DNA of 64,000 bases from assembly GCA_050230475.1 (NCBI GenBank), contig JBFLGF010000060.1, positions 1 through 64,000 on the forward strand, written 5' to 3'. Below are positions 1 to 14,686 of the stretch, piece after piece. Source of the DNA: Ancylonema sp. (Eukaryota). A program made the translations under genes and the position numbers. The stretch's first letter is position 1. The number at the start of each line of letters is the position of its first letter. A model generated the notes under the pieces. It did no database searches and was not told the DNA's origin. It worked only from the letters and a program-made list of their open reading frames with translations.

Positions 1-1535
<1,535 letters not shown>

Positions 1536-1831
1536 TCAGCAAAAAACAAGGTTCGGCACATCAGAAAGCAGGACAGGCAAGGACGTTAATGTGAAGATTC
1601 ACAGAGAGACCTCACAATACTCTCGACGGACGCATGCACTTAAATCAATCTCAGCATAGAACTCTAACAGCACAACTCTACATCACAGCTGCCAGGTGCA
1701 CCCATCACATTACACACATCGCTGATAGACTTTCTGATTTTTTTGCCAGATTTTTTATGATCGTAGTTCACACGTGCGAACAATAAGAGCAGTGATGGCA
1801 TTTCAAAGGATGCCATGGCGCTTGATTACGT

Positions 1832-2135
1832 ACCTTTGCAGGCAAACGTCCGTCTGCTGCACGCTGACGGGATAAGGCAGGCAGGAAGAGTCTTACCATC
1901 TTGTTTTTTCACCCTATAGGGCGGCGGATTGACGAAAACCCCGTGGCGAGCTCTGTATTCCTGAACCCTGAGTTCTCGAAAGTACCCCACCACGAAAATA
2001 CGTGGACACCGAATTGGCAGGAACCGGAAACTACAGGAGGGCCCGACTAACCAGATTTGCAAGTAACCGTAAGCAACGGGCCGTAGCCCGAATGTGAGCC
2101 GGCTTCAGACCGGCGGGAAATGAATGGGCCTACAG
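1832..2135 (-). promoter_or_regulatory. Putative EF1A core promoter and leader exon, within the region shared with the divergent amidohydrolase gene
   Basis: On the - strand: TATAGG at ~1917, CTCTTCC pyrimidine tract starting at 1890 (about 27 nt downstream), donor AAG|GTACGT at 1833; GGGCC site II-like motifs at 2039, 2076 and 2125. Confidence 0.45.
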
Positions 2136-2411
2136 CGGGCGGTCGTGGGGTCGAACCATAGGGTCGAATCTGGTGGTCAAACGGTGTGTGACAAGTGGGG
2201 CATCCTCTTCCGAAAGTGTACAGTAGTACGCCAATACTCATGATTGGGCAGTAGTCACGTGGTACCTCGAGCCAGGATACGACTCGTGCCAACCGACCAC
2301 CTCGCATCAAGTCCGCAGCAGAGAACCCTTTCGACAGTCAGCCATGGCCTAAACTTACCGTGTCTGACTCTGCAGCGCCGGGCCGACATCATTGGAGGAC
2401 TTGGAGCAGCC

Positions 2412-5400
2412 ATGGAGTCGTCGCCGCGTTCCAATCCGAAAAAAACTCTTCTTCACTCGTGCGGAATAATAACGATGGATCCCACGCTACGCGTGTACAC
2501 CAGCGGCGCCCTCTTAATCCATCACGACAAAATCGCTGAACTCGGACATGCAGCTGACCTGGTTGCCAAGCACAGCCCCTCTGAGCCTTCAAGTGACATC
2601 GAAATAATCGACTTGTCGGGGAAATGGGTCTTGCCAGGTATGTGTGCGCTCCTCCTGGAAATGGTCTGCCTTCCTTTCACCTCCAAGCCAATCCCCTTTT
2701 TTGCCTCCCTATACCATCATGCGACCAACCTTAAGAAGACCTGGACCACCTGAATCATACACAAATTGCAATCCATCTTTCTTACTTCAGCTAATCCATT
2801 TCTATTTCCGAATTCCGTTTTTGTATATCAAAAAGTGCGTGAAGTTGTGCCCCTGCGTCGTTTTCCGCATGTAAGCACCCAGTCGTGCTGCGAGATAAGT
2901 GAACAGCAGCGCGGATTGTATGCCACATTCATTTGCCATTCTATTCTTTGATCGGATCACGAGACCACGGGGCTTCGCTACAACAAACGATATTGGAACG
3001 CAATTTCCACCCATATCGCGCACCTGCCACCTGTCCAACTGCCATCCGTCCGTTGGTTCCTCACCAGGTTTGATCAACACACACTGCCACACATCGCAGC
3101 AGTTGGGTCGAGGCATCGCGGATGACGTGGATCTGCTGACGTGGCTCCACGAGAGGATCTGGCCCTATGAGGCGGCGTTGTCGGAGGATGATAGCTACAT
3201 TTCCACCTTGTTGTGTGCGGTAGAGCAGATCAGATGTGGGGTGAGCAATGGGTGATATAAAAACATGGAGAATAATGATGATACCAATACCGGTATCATT
3301 GCGTTTCTTTTCGCCCTTTCAGGTGACGTGCATAGCTGAAGCCGGGGGTCAACACGTGCCAGGCATGGCGAGGGCGGTAGAAGCAGTTGGCATTCGGGCT
3401 GTGCTCTGTGCTTCCATCATGGACGCGGGAGAAGGACTGCCTTCGGATTGGGGGGCCAAAAATGCGGAGGACTGTATTCAGGTCTGGGGAGGGGCGGATG
3501 AGATGTGCGCTCTGAGCGGCTCTAGAGGGAGTGAGTGCGTGATTTGAATGAAAGATATACATGGGATATGAATGTGAATGTATCAAAGGGTGACGTTGTT
3601 TTATCTCTACGGACAATGAACGTGTGGAATGGAAAGAAGAGATGAGAGAGTGGGAAGGACAAATGGATATTTTGAGAGTGAGTAGCATTGCACAAATGGA
3701 AATTTAGATGTCAAGGGTAGTGGGCCACCATGCAATCCATACATGAAATGTTGCAATGAGGGCAATCGGGGTTGAGGAAAGTCCACGGGGCAAGTTCAAA
3801 CTTATCGAAACTCATTCCCCTAGAAGCACCAATTGAGGGCTCAAGCGAGACATGGAGGAAATCCAAAATCGAAATGTAATACAAAATCTGAGAGAAGCTA
3901 TCGAGAATAAAGAGACATTGACTCTCTCACCTGTCCTCTTTCAGTTCCAAGAGGATCTATACCGATCCTACCACAATAGTGCGGAGGGGAGGATACGGTT
4001 TTGGTTCGGATTGCGCCAAATCCTTAACTCCACGGACGAGTTGCTGCGGCGGACAAAAGAGGCGGCAGATCGACTAAAGACGGGCATCAATATGGTACCA
4101 CTACTCAATACAAGCACACGACTATCACACTATGGACTCCGAACTGCCTCCTTTCATTCATTCATTCTCGAGATTGACACAGCTTTCGTCATTTTTCATT
4201 TTTTTGATTTATCAGTTATCGATGATCATTTCTGATTCTTCACATGACTTATTGTCCATCGTCCTTTTGTCCTTATGTGGTTTGTCGTTTTGCGGGGGAG
4301 GGCAGCACGTAGCCGAGATCCCTTTCGAGAACGAGCACGTGGTCGCCACCCGCGGCTGCACCTACGGCACAGTCACCCACCTCGCCAACCTCCACCTCCT
4401 CGGCCCCAACCTCCTCGCCGCCCATTCTGTGTGGATTAGCGCAGAAGAGGTTGAGCTGTTCGCCTCCCATGGTGTGAACGCGTGTCACTGCCCTGGTAGT
4501 GCGATGCACATGTTGGGGTTCAGCCCCGTGGAGGAGATGTTGAGGGCGGGGGTGAATGTGTCGCTAGGGACGGACGGGGCACCGTCGAACAACCGTATGA
4601 GCATGGGTGAGGAATGAGCCCAAACTAGCATGGAGTCGACGTCGTGTGTGGTGCATTCGACACACATTCTTTGCGCCTCCTTAAATTTTTGCTTCGGTTC
4701 TTGTTCTCATGCTTTTATTCTGTTTTTGTTCCTGTCTTCTTTCTTTCGTTATAATATCTGACTACATTTGTTTGTTTTGGGATTTCCTTGTTTTTTTGGT
4801 TTGTTTATTTGTTTTTATTTATTTTTGATGTGTTTGTGTTACCACTTTTTCATATCTTCTAGTGGACGAGATGTACCTAGCCTCGCTCATCAACAAGGGC
4901 AAGCTCGCTCTTATGGCTCGGGGGACCACCGACCCAACAGCGCTGCCGGCCGAGACCATTTTGAAAATGGCGACCATCAACGGCGCAAAAAGTTGTATGT
5001 GGGAAAAAGAAATCGGGTCCCTTGAAGTCGGCAAGAAGGTATGGGGGGGTGTTCATGGGGGCGTGTACCTGGATGGGGGGTGAGTCTCGGTGCATTAAGG
5101 GGGAGGGGTGAGGGGTTGGGTTTCAGGCGGATCTGATTGTCGTGAACCCGAACAACTTTTGTATGCTGCCGATGCATGACCCGTAAGCCCACGAACCTTC
5201 CTAGAAACTTCCGGACGGGTTAAGACGATGGTTTGGCCTTTCCAAGGAATCGAATCGAATCGAATTGGGGAATGGAGGGTGGACTTTATTTGGAATCGGG
5301 TCATCGCCCATCGACATCTCGCCCATACACGTGTCACAACTTACAAGTAGCCACTTGGTTGTTCCCTTTGCTTATGATACATGCTTAAAAAACGACATCA

Positions 5401-6336
5401 GTGTTCTCACCTACTGTCTTCTCCCAGTGACATCACCAAAGGGGTGACTTTCGTGCCGTTTGTGTTTCCAGCATCGCCAACCTCGTGTACAGCATGCGGT
5501 CGGAGAACATTGAGTCCACAATGTGCAACGGACGATGGCTCATGAGAGACAAGAAGATACTCACACTAAAAGAGGTACGAGGCTGGCGTGCCAGCCCCAC
5601 CACACCCCCAACCCCCTTCCCAGCCCCACCACTTGTCCCCACTCCAACCTTGTGTGGGTCGGTTAGTGTCCGATGACATAATGCTACACGGGGACAAAAC
5701 ATCCACGTTGTAGGGGGTAGTCTCGTTCTATAGGCATCCTCTTGGTGGGGTACAATTTGTCGCCTGTTTAAAAGGTGTGTCTCCAAAAAGTGTAGAAGTA
5801 TACAAGAGGGATGAATCCTGTTGTCAAATGAGTTGTCCTTATGGAGGGTTTGCCAATTGAGGGGCCTTTAGAGGGGGATGCCCTATACCCGTAAGGGTAC
5901 CTTCAAAGATAAAGCCGATGTGAAAGTGACACTTGTTCGGCAAAGGAAAAACCAATTTTTGTCTTTTTACAGCTTCGTTTACCAAATCTTGTACCACGAT
6001 TGCCCTAGAATTCTTGTGAGCCACCATGGGGTCATTCCCTGAAAGTGAAAAACTTTGGGAAACAACTTCTCAATAATCTTTGGTTACTTACTTTCGGGTC
6101 GTTATGCAAAAATGGGGCAAGTCGTCACGATGGACGCTAGTGTTGTTTCCCCGCGATCTTGGCGGTGGTGTCCCTTGGGTCGATTTTTTTGGGACTCTGT
6201 GTTGAATGTGTTTGTGGATTGTGCCGTTTTGGTGCAGCACGAAGTGTTACAACTTGGCGTTAAAGCGGCACAAGCGGTGATGTTGAAGGCTGGTGTGGTG
6301 CTGCCCAAGCGCATGAATCATGTGACTCGGGATTGA
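2412..6336 (+). CDS. Metal-dependent amidohydrolase, MTA/SAH deaminase (MtaD)-like; exons 2412-2637, 3068-3240, 3323-3481, 3945-4094, 4306-4606, 4863-5038, 5127-5182, 5472-5574, 6238-6336
   Basis: DLSGKWVLPGLINTHCH (HxH metal motif), HVAE, AAHSVW, HCPGS, SLGTDG, ATINGA, GSLEVGKKADL; all introns GT-AG with matching phases; TGA stop. Confidence 0.93.
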
Positions 6337-6931
6337 GAACAATCATGGTTTACGGTTCAAATATGTTTTTGGCGTGGTTAAAAAATCGCGGTGGCGCACT
6401 AATTCACGTAGCTCGATGATTGAAATCGACATATTGTTGAAAGCGAGCGACACAACTTAAGTTACAATATAATAATACAAAAAAAAAACACGCATTGTAA
6501 GAACCAAAAAGCAAAACGAAGATCGGCAAAGCCTCGTTCCTAGAGTGTGTCTCTCCCTATGTGAAGTTTGACTCGCGTGCAACTGAATGTTAGTTTACAT
6601 GAAAATAGGCAACGCACGAACCTAGGAAATCCGATATGTAGGATTTTTGTTTATGTAGTAATGAGCTGAGTGGACACCGATTCGTCGGTGCGTGTACGGC
6701 TAGAATTATTATGGCAGTTGCAAAACTCACAATCGCATCCTTGTCTTTCGATGAGTCTAGTTGAGGTACACTGCCAAGTACACTACTCTTGTATGCATAA
6801 CCTCGAGTACTTGCTTCGCTAGCAATTATTATCAAAGGTTCTCTTGAACCTAAAGACATAGAGTGGTATGACGCACTAAACGTGACTTCGTTCCCTATCC
6901 CTAGCATCTACACGTGACGGCCGATAAAACT

Positions 6932-8041
6932 CATAGGTGCACGGACCGGCGGACCGGGGTCCCGAGATCCCGACTCCGGACCGAGGTCCGTCCTTTTGGG
7001 TCAAAAATCCGGACCGCTTGTTTAGGGCAATATCGATTTTTGGGGATTTCAAGGTGTTTTCCGTGGAGCAAAAACCCCGTAAGTATTTTTTTCGCGAACA
7101 AAATTCTATTTTACATTTTATAAAAAATTCAAAAAAATGTTAGACTCATCAAATAAGTAATTGAAACCTGCAATGCATCATTGTGGATAGCGTTTTTCAC
7201 CACTTACAAAAGATATCACTTGGGAAAATGCTATAGGTAATTTGGAATGGTCATAAGTACTCCATAGTTTTTCATTTTCCATAGGTTACAATGTAACGAT
7301 GCTCACGTGAGGCTCAAAAAAATGTGATGAAGGGTCACCGGCAAATCAAACATCATCCTGGCTTTTTTTCCACGCTCACAACCTTGTATTCAAACTTCTC
7401 TCCACCTTACAAATACAGTATATTCCTCACTTCTCACTTTCCTATTCTACATAAATAAATGGGTAACTTCCCTATCTATAATTTACTTCCCTTATCAAAA
7501 TATACCCTTGCCTACAACTCCATACTTCTATGATACGGGGGAAAAAAACATTACAAATTCTCCACCCACAATTTTTCTTCTAATTTTACACCCATATAAC
7601 TCTACAAAAAAACCCATCTTAAAAACCCATCCCTCTCCCCACTTCCCACTCCCCACTTCCCACTCCCACTTGTCACTCCCCAAAAATATTTCCAAATCTC
7701 CAAATAACACACTACCAAGTAACAACTTACACCAAAATTTCAGCCATTTTGTCCATTTTGATTTTCACCATCTCAATCAAAGGACGGTTGGATATGAACG
7801 TCATATTTTATTTTATTTTATCGTATTTTTTAATTTTGCTACAATTTCGCAAGCTATAAATGACACATGTATATCACACGTGTGAAGTACATTTTTATTG
7901 TGAAGCTCTACGTCCTCTTTCCCCGAGGAAAAAATGTCTGACAAAAAAACCCTAAAAGTTCCCCGTTCCGACCGGGTCCCGACTTGGGACCCGGTCCGAC
8001 CGCGGTTCGAAAACCCAATGTTGCCGGTCCGTGCAACTTTG
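6932..8041. mobile_element. hAT-type MITE (~1.1 kb)
   Basis: TIRs CATAGGTGCACGGACCGGC / GCCGGTCCGTGCAACTTTG; exact 8-bp TSD ATAAAACT (6924-6931, 8042-8049); GGACCG subterminal repeats. Confidence 0.88.
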
Positions 8042-8825
8042 ATAAAACTCCTCGAAAAAATTCTCGTCGTGTTCTCCATTATTGCATTGCGTTCATGAGA
8101 CATCTAAGGAAAATAAAGATGATTGGAATTGAAAGGATGAAGAGATGCAAGGGGAACGGCTTTTCCGGATGGATGCAATGCAAAGGTTCTTTGTCCTTAT
8201 CGCCAATGTTGCCAGTTCGACTACTTATCAAATGAGACAAGACCCAATGCGCGAGAGACCTCGTCTTTTATCAAAATATGAACGCAACAATTCCTCTTTC
8301 AAAAGTAATGTTGTCAGGATGCAACAACGCATGCTATCATATTCGTGCGAAATATTGTCGATGCGGTAATGCAGTTGCTCAACTCAAACGACCAATGTGT
8401 TTGACGGCCCGAGGGCAAGGTCGCAAGGATGGTACGAGCATAGTTTCCATAGCACGACTAGAAACTCTATGTCTTGCCGTAAACACAACCACTAGCAACA
8501 GTGGCAAGTTGACACGTGCGGCGACTACTTACGAACACTTATTCCCATTCATGTTCACACGCACGTCGCAAGCATGAAGCACACGGAGTGTTACGCCTTC
8601 TCTCATATGTCAATCCTTGGAATGTGTTCGGCTCAACCCGCATGCGTGTCAAATTTTGATTTCAAAAAGTTTTATGCTTCTGATTCTTCGATGTCGTGAC
8701 CACACCCGAAGGAAATCCAACTAGGCTTCCACAAATCGACATATGGGAAAATAACTACTGAACGAACTTTTGTCAAATCGTAAAAAATGCATATCTTTTT
8801 GTCTATGTGGGAGTATGTTTGTATG

Positions 8826-11800
8826 CATAGTGGGTCCTGTTGCTGCCATCTTCTGCCGTCGATGCAAGAAGTAACAGTCTTCACACTCTTGAAACAAACA
8901 TTCACCGCTTTACAAACACACACAACAAAAGTGCAAGTTTGAGGTAGATTGATTGATTAGATTGATTGATTGCAGAATTATCCGTGCAAGCCCTGACTGA
9001 GTACAATCGAGTGTGATCCTTGCCCCCTCCTACCTGATCAGAACTACTAGTCAACACCAATCATAATCAAGCATTGTGCCAGATCATCTAAACTTATCGA
9101 CAAACTGCCAGATCATCGTAATCATATCGATAGGCAAAACGACAAAATCGACAAAACTAAAAACTTAACTGCCGAACAAAGCCTAAAATCGATATACCGA
9201 CAAAAGTTCACAGACCCTAAAAACTAACACCCCCTCCCTGGGAACTTTTTCCCCCTCCAAAAATGATAAACAACAATATCGATTGTTCACAATTCCATAC
9301 TTCTCATGAACCAAACCAACAAGTGCACAGTTTATTTTCAACACCTTGACAGAGACTGCCTTTGTAAGCATGTCTGCACCCTGCTCCTCACTCCTCACAA
9401 ATTTCAACTCAATTTTCTTCTTTGCAACCCTCTCCCTAATCGAATGGTATTTTATTTCAATGAGCTTAGACCTCTTATGGAACACAGGGTTTTCTGCAAG
9501 CTTCATCGAACTCTCATTATCTCCCAACAACAGCACACCCCCTTCACCAGCAAGTCCCAACTCCTTCTGCATCTGACCGAGATAGATAGCCTCATTTCCT
9601 GCTGCACTCAAAGCCATATATTCACTTTCACAACTGGAATGGGTAGCAGTCTCCAGCAGACTGCTCTTCCAGCTGACAGCTGCCCCTCCACTCATAAACA
9701 CGTATCCAGCACGCCCCCTCCTAGTGTCATAATCATCACCGTGACTGGCATCTGAATAGCCCACAACTGGCAAATTTGCTCCTCTTTTATACATCAAGCC
9801 AAGACTGATTGTTCCTTGCAAATATCTCAACACCCTCTTAACCCCCTCCCAATGATGCTCCCCTCGATTCTGGCTGTATCTGCACAAAGAGTTTAAAGCA
9901 GCAGCCAGATCTGGTCGAGTTCCAGAGCACAAGTAAAGAAGAAGACTTCCCATAGCAGACTTGTAGCCAACACCTTTAATAGCAACTCCCTCAGCAACTT
10001 CCCCAAGATTCTCAGAGAACTTGACCCTAGCTTCCAGCGGTGTCGATACTGAGTTACACTCTGTCATGCCAAACTTCTCCATCGACAGCTGCAACGACTG
10101 CTTCCCCTTCACTTTGTCGATGATGACGCAATGGCGTGCAGATCAATGTATGACGACCAGAGCTGGACTCACGAATTGTACATATCTGTTTTCCATCTTT
10201 CCGAAAGACTGGAATTATTCCACCTGCTGGTCCCTGAAATGTATACTCCCACCCCTGTGCTCTGGCTTTTTGTCCGCTGAAAAGATTGACTCTCATCCCT
10301 GGGATATAGAGACAATTATGCAGAGTAATTCCTCTACATTTGCCCTCTGTTTTAAGCTCAACAGGTCCCCACTGCTTGACACTCCCCACTGCCAACAAGA
10401 TGATGCATGACAATTTCTTGCGGAATATCGATCAAAGTTTTGAAGTGTGCTCGCTGTCCACTTGAATGATGGCTGGAACCATCATCCCACAGACTACCTC
10501 TCTCCTCATCTCCTTCACCAACAAGTCCTTCATTGATTTCACCAACCACCATTTCACCATGTCCACAGTCACCTCCCTCATCAATCTCGCTCACATGTGC
10601 AGATTTTCGACCTGTGTGCTGATTTATGCGCAGCATTCGAGGAGCCTGATTTTTCTTGTCGAAGTAGGTAAATTCAATGTGTCCGATCGCACCACAATAG
10701 TCACAAGTATCATCTTTTCTCGGACAGTCTTTGCTGAAATGAGTTGTACGACCACACGTATAACAAGAATGACCACCTCCTGCACCTCTTCCTCCTCCAC
10801 CACCACGATCAGATCTGCCTCCTCGATATCCACTATAATCTCCCCTGCCAGCACCTTTGCCACCTCCTCTATCAAAGCCTCCACCTCTGCCTCGATTCAA
10901 AAAATTCTGTTTCGCATTCCACTTTGCATAATTTGCTTCAGCGACAAGTGCTTCAGCATCTCTTTCACCTTGCTCTTTCTGATCGTCCAGTTCATCAACC
11001 CCCATTTGTGCCCAGATCCGTTGATTCTTGGTGCCTCTGCTTGACCAAAGTACAACTTTTTGAGCACATTGGTTCTTGACATCCCTGCGAACAGTGCCAT
11101 CACTTGGTCCTCCTCAGTGACTTTATACTTTTGATGTGCACAAGATCTGATGATCGATAAAAAGTATTTCTTGATGTCTCGAACTGGCAGCTTCTCATTT
11201 ACTTTGAACGAATTCACTGCTGCTTGGCGAGCTGCTTCAACTCCGGTGTAACTTTGTCAAACTCTTCTTTCAGGTACTTCCACATAGCTGCTGGTTTCCT
11301 CTCATACTCCTCAAGGTCGTAGCTATGTCTTCACTCACAAGTCCCATAAGTAGCATCACAACTTTCTTCGTTCATTTTCGAAAACTTCTGATGTCTTCTG
11401 TGTACTGATCCATCTCATCCCGGTTTGTGATCCAGTTCTCGTCATCATATGCTTGGTAAACTTCCTCTGGTTCTGTTTCTATTCCCTTGCAGATCTCAAG
11501 ATAGTCTGCGTCATCGAGTGTTGCAGATGCCTTAGATCGCCAAGCTTGGAAATAAACTTTGTCTCCATCTAAAATGCAGTACCTTGCTCTGATACCACTG
11601 TTGCTGCTATCTTCCGCCATCGATGCAAGAAGTAACAGTCTTCACACTCTTGAAACAAACATTCACAGCTTTACAAACACACACAACAAAAGTGCAAGTT
11701 TGATGTATATTGATTGATTGCAGAATTCTGCGTGCAAGCCCTGACTGAGTACAATCGAGTGTGATCCATGCCCCCTCCTAGTCAAATATCTATACTGATC

Positions 11801-12309
11801 AGAACTACTAGTCAACACCAATCGTAATCAAGTATTGTGCCAGATCACCTAAACTTATCGACAAACTGCCAGATCATCGTAATCATATCGATAGGCAAAA
11901 CAACAAAATCGACAAAACTAAAAACTTAACTTCCGAACAAAGCCTAAAATCGATATACCGACAAAAGTTCACAAACCCTAAAAACTAATAGGTCGCGCTC
12001 TGTTCACGGAATTTGCGAACCCGGCTCCGAGCCAGCGCGCGTCCGGGATCCGCCTGGCAAAAACGAAACATGAAAATACGACGAAGTACAAATCCTCCTC
12101 TGCGAAGCAGATAGTTACTAGTTACCGGTACTTCGGGCAGTACGTCCGGTACATAGTAACCACATTGTGATGGCTACTGTGTCCATCGGATCCGTTTTTT
12201 TTTTGGGCATTTGAAAGCTTCAGTAGCGAATCTTAAAGATGTTCTGACATTACGGAAATCGGACGACATCTGGGGGAGGGACGGGGCTCCGGCTCGGGAA
12301 CCCACTATG
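8826..12309. mobile_element. hAT-type MITE (~330 bp) split by a nested copia insertion
   Basis: Termini CATAGTGGGT / ACCCACTATG; exact 8-bp TSD TTTGTATG (8818-8825, 12310-12317); body 11991-12090 resembles the reverse complement of 41670-41790. Confidence 0.85.
8838..11990 (-). mobile_element. Ty1/copia LTR retrotransposon, internally deleted (no integrase, most of RT missing), frameshifted
   Basis: LTRs 8838-9229 and 11599-11990; PBS TGGTATCAGAGC (tRNA-iMet type) 11586-11597; PPT at ~9230-9238; TSD GGTCC/GGTCG; gag with CYTCGRTTHFSKDC knuckle, protease-like WDDGSSHH, RT tail and RNase H (GYSDAS, SSCESEY, HKRSKLIEIKYH). Confidence 0.95.
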
Positions 12310-12626
12310 TTTGTATGTGTGTGTGTAGTTGTGCGTGACCATTGAGGGTCACTGAGATGGTTACTTTACATTGCAAGCAAGCTAGGCACTTTTTGGAGGA
12401 TGGAAAAAATTGTGCCCTGAGAAGAAAACCTAGTTTTAACTCTCTTTTCACACATCGGCTTATTTCCAAGGCCAATCAAAGAAATTAATTCCTCTACAAG
12501 TGATGTGCAACCTTCGAGATATTATTTGACAATTCGTAGCTTAAAAACTGAAAATCCTGACCGGGTCGTTCTAACACATTTCTATGACTATTACACAACT
12601 ACAATGTTGTTGGCCTTGCGCGACTT

Positions 12627-14686
12627 TCACATTTTTTTAAGCAAGTAGTCTCCACTTGACACTTCGAAGTTGCGAGGTGTCTCCTCTACATTCAAGCTCT
12701 TTATTTCCCCGTCCTCCACCAAGGCCGACCACCTAACAACGACACCAACAAACCACGGTTACCAACTCGTGGCAACCCGAAATCGGTACAAGGAAGGGAG
12801 AGACACCACTTCAATGCCGGTGCTCCAAAGAAATGCCACTCTCGGCCAAAAAAAAAAAACACAAAGGCCGAAAAAAAAGAACAAAGAAAACAACAAGAAC
12901 AACAAGAACAACAAAAACAATCTTGACTATGGGACACTATGCATTTGTGAGCCTATGGTTGTATACAAAAATTGAGAGAAGTAATTGAGTGGTTGAATAC
13001 CTTTTGCATCTTGGTCCCATAAGAGCCCCCGCCAGGTCACACTCGAGCTCCATCATCTTCGTGACCTTGCTGTCAAAGTCACCGTAAAAACGGATCTGGA
13101 AAAGTCAAGGTCAAAGTCAACGTCAACGTTAAAAAAAGTCAAAGCCAAGGTCGCCATAAAACCGTACATGAAAAACTAACCACTCTTCCCCCTCATGCTC
13201 CCCTTTCCCCACCGATCCGAAAACGGGATGGAAGCAAGACTCCACCCAACCCCCGACCTACTTTGTCTGTGCACCCGAGTGATGTTCCCCACCCCTGCAT
13301 CACGTAGGGGTCGTTCACAGCCACGCAAATGATTTCGTCTACCCCCTTTTTCTTGAACTCCTCCGCATTGTTGGCAAAGGAAGGGACGTGGGAGCGGGTG
13401 CATACACCCGTGAACGCTCCCTAGGGGAGGGGGGGGGGAGGGGGAGTATTGGAGGGGTTTACATTGTGGTAACATTTTTCATACTCGTTATATGGGTCAT
13501 CGTGATTATCGTTGTGAAAGTTGTTATGATCATTACAAGGATCATAGTTATCATCATAACAATCTTAGTGATATTTTTAGCAATGACAGTCATGAACTTC
13601 ATCACGGTGATCATAATTGCCGTATCAAATAATAAACCTGATTCATGTGTTAATCAAAATAACCATAAGAAAACTGATGATACTATTCATAATCATCATC
13701 ATTATATGAACCAAGGTGGGACATTTGCAGAATGTATGCTCGTCTCTGCACCTCCAAGAGGAGTGAAGCAAGTTGATGGATTTGAGAGGCCCAACTTTTA
13801 CCCCTTGGTTTCCAACCCTTCCCAACATGCAGTGGGGGGGTGGGGGGAGCTCACTGGTAGACCGAAGATGACCACCTTCTTGCCCTGCCACAGACCACAG
13901 ACCACAGACCACGTTGAACAATCAATAAATGGAGGGAAAAAAAGGGAAGTGGTTGTTGTTTGTGTATACATTCGTGTGCAATAATCGTAAAAATATAAAG
14001 TCTCTCACACATATTATCGCACCTCTCACCTCTCACAGTACCCGTGGATTGATTTTATTGCGGAGTCAAACCCCGTTAGAGTGACACCTGGCTGTCCCAA
14101 CAAATTTTGTGGGGTATTTTCTGCCTTTCCTACATATGATTACCCCATTATAATGGCAGGGTTGTGACAGGGATTCCGGCACTTCTTCTTATGTCACTGA
14201 AATGAGCCTTCATTGGAATCAAAAAACGTAGCGGTAGGCAGTTCTTCGCTCTGAAGAACAACATGTTTTACGTTTTTTGTATGCATGGACATGATATATA
14301 TGTGAGTCAAATACAATCAACCTCAGAGACAAGTTTCTGGATTAATATTTGGTTCCTACACCTAATAATTGGTTTTTGCACACGGACATAATCAACACAA
14401 AAAAACAGCCTGCGGCAGATTTGACATCGTTTGTCATCCGTGTCACTGTCACGTGGCACCTGCTGCTCACGCCAAGTGGACCAGGTTGGCCCTCGTCTAG
14501 AATCAGGGATCAAGGTTCAGAGTTCAGGGTCCAGGGTTCAGGGTTCAGGGTAACAGGTTTCAGGTGTTTCTGTGTAGGGGTACCTTGAAAATGTCTGCCA
14601 TGGAAGAGGAGGCGAATTTGGATTCCATCCCTTCATCCCAGGTGCGCGCCTTTTGGAGGGTGACGGGGGAGTCGAGGTCAATACTG
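12627..14686 (-). CDS. PRXIIF: Type II peroxiredoxin, PrxIIF-like; exons 14584-14686, 13855-13884, 13262-13420, 13001-13095, 12627-12732; first exon unresolved
   Basis: Hand-spliced: VTLQKARTWDEGMESKF..DIFK / GKKVVIFGLP / GAFTGVCTRSHVPSF...VAVNDPYVM / IRFYGDFD...LMGPRCKR / WSALVEDGEIK...*; GT-AG introns in consistent phase; peroxidatic Cys present. Confidence 0.92.

Noticed and set aside
9306..11079. Plus-strand ORFs of 110-190 aa over the copia element
   Set aside because: Antisense shadows of gag-pol with no recognisable motifs
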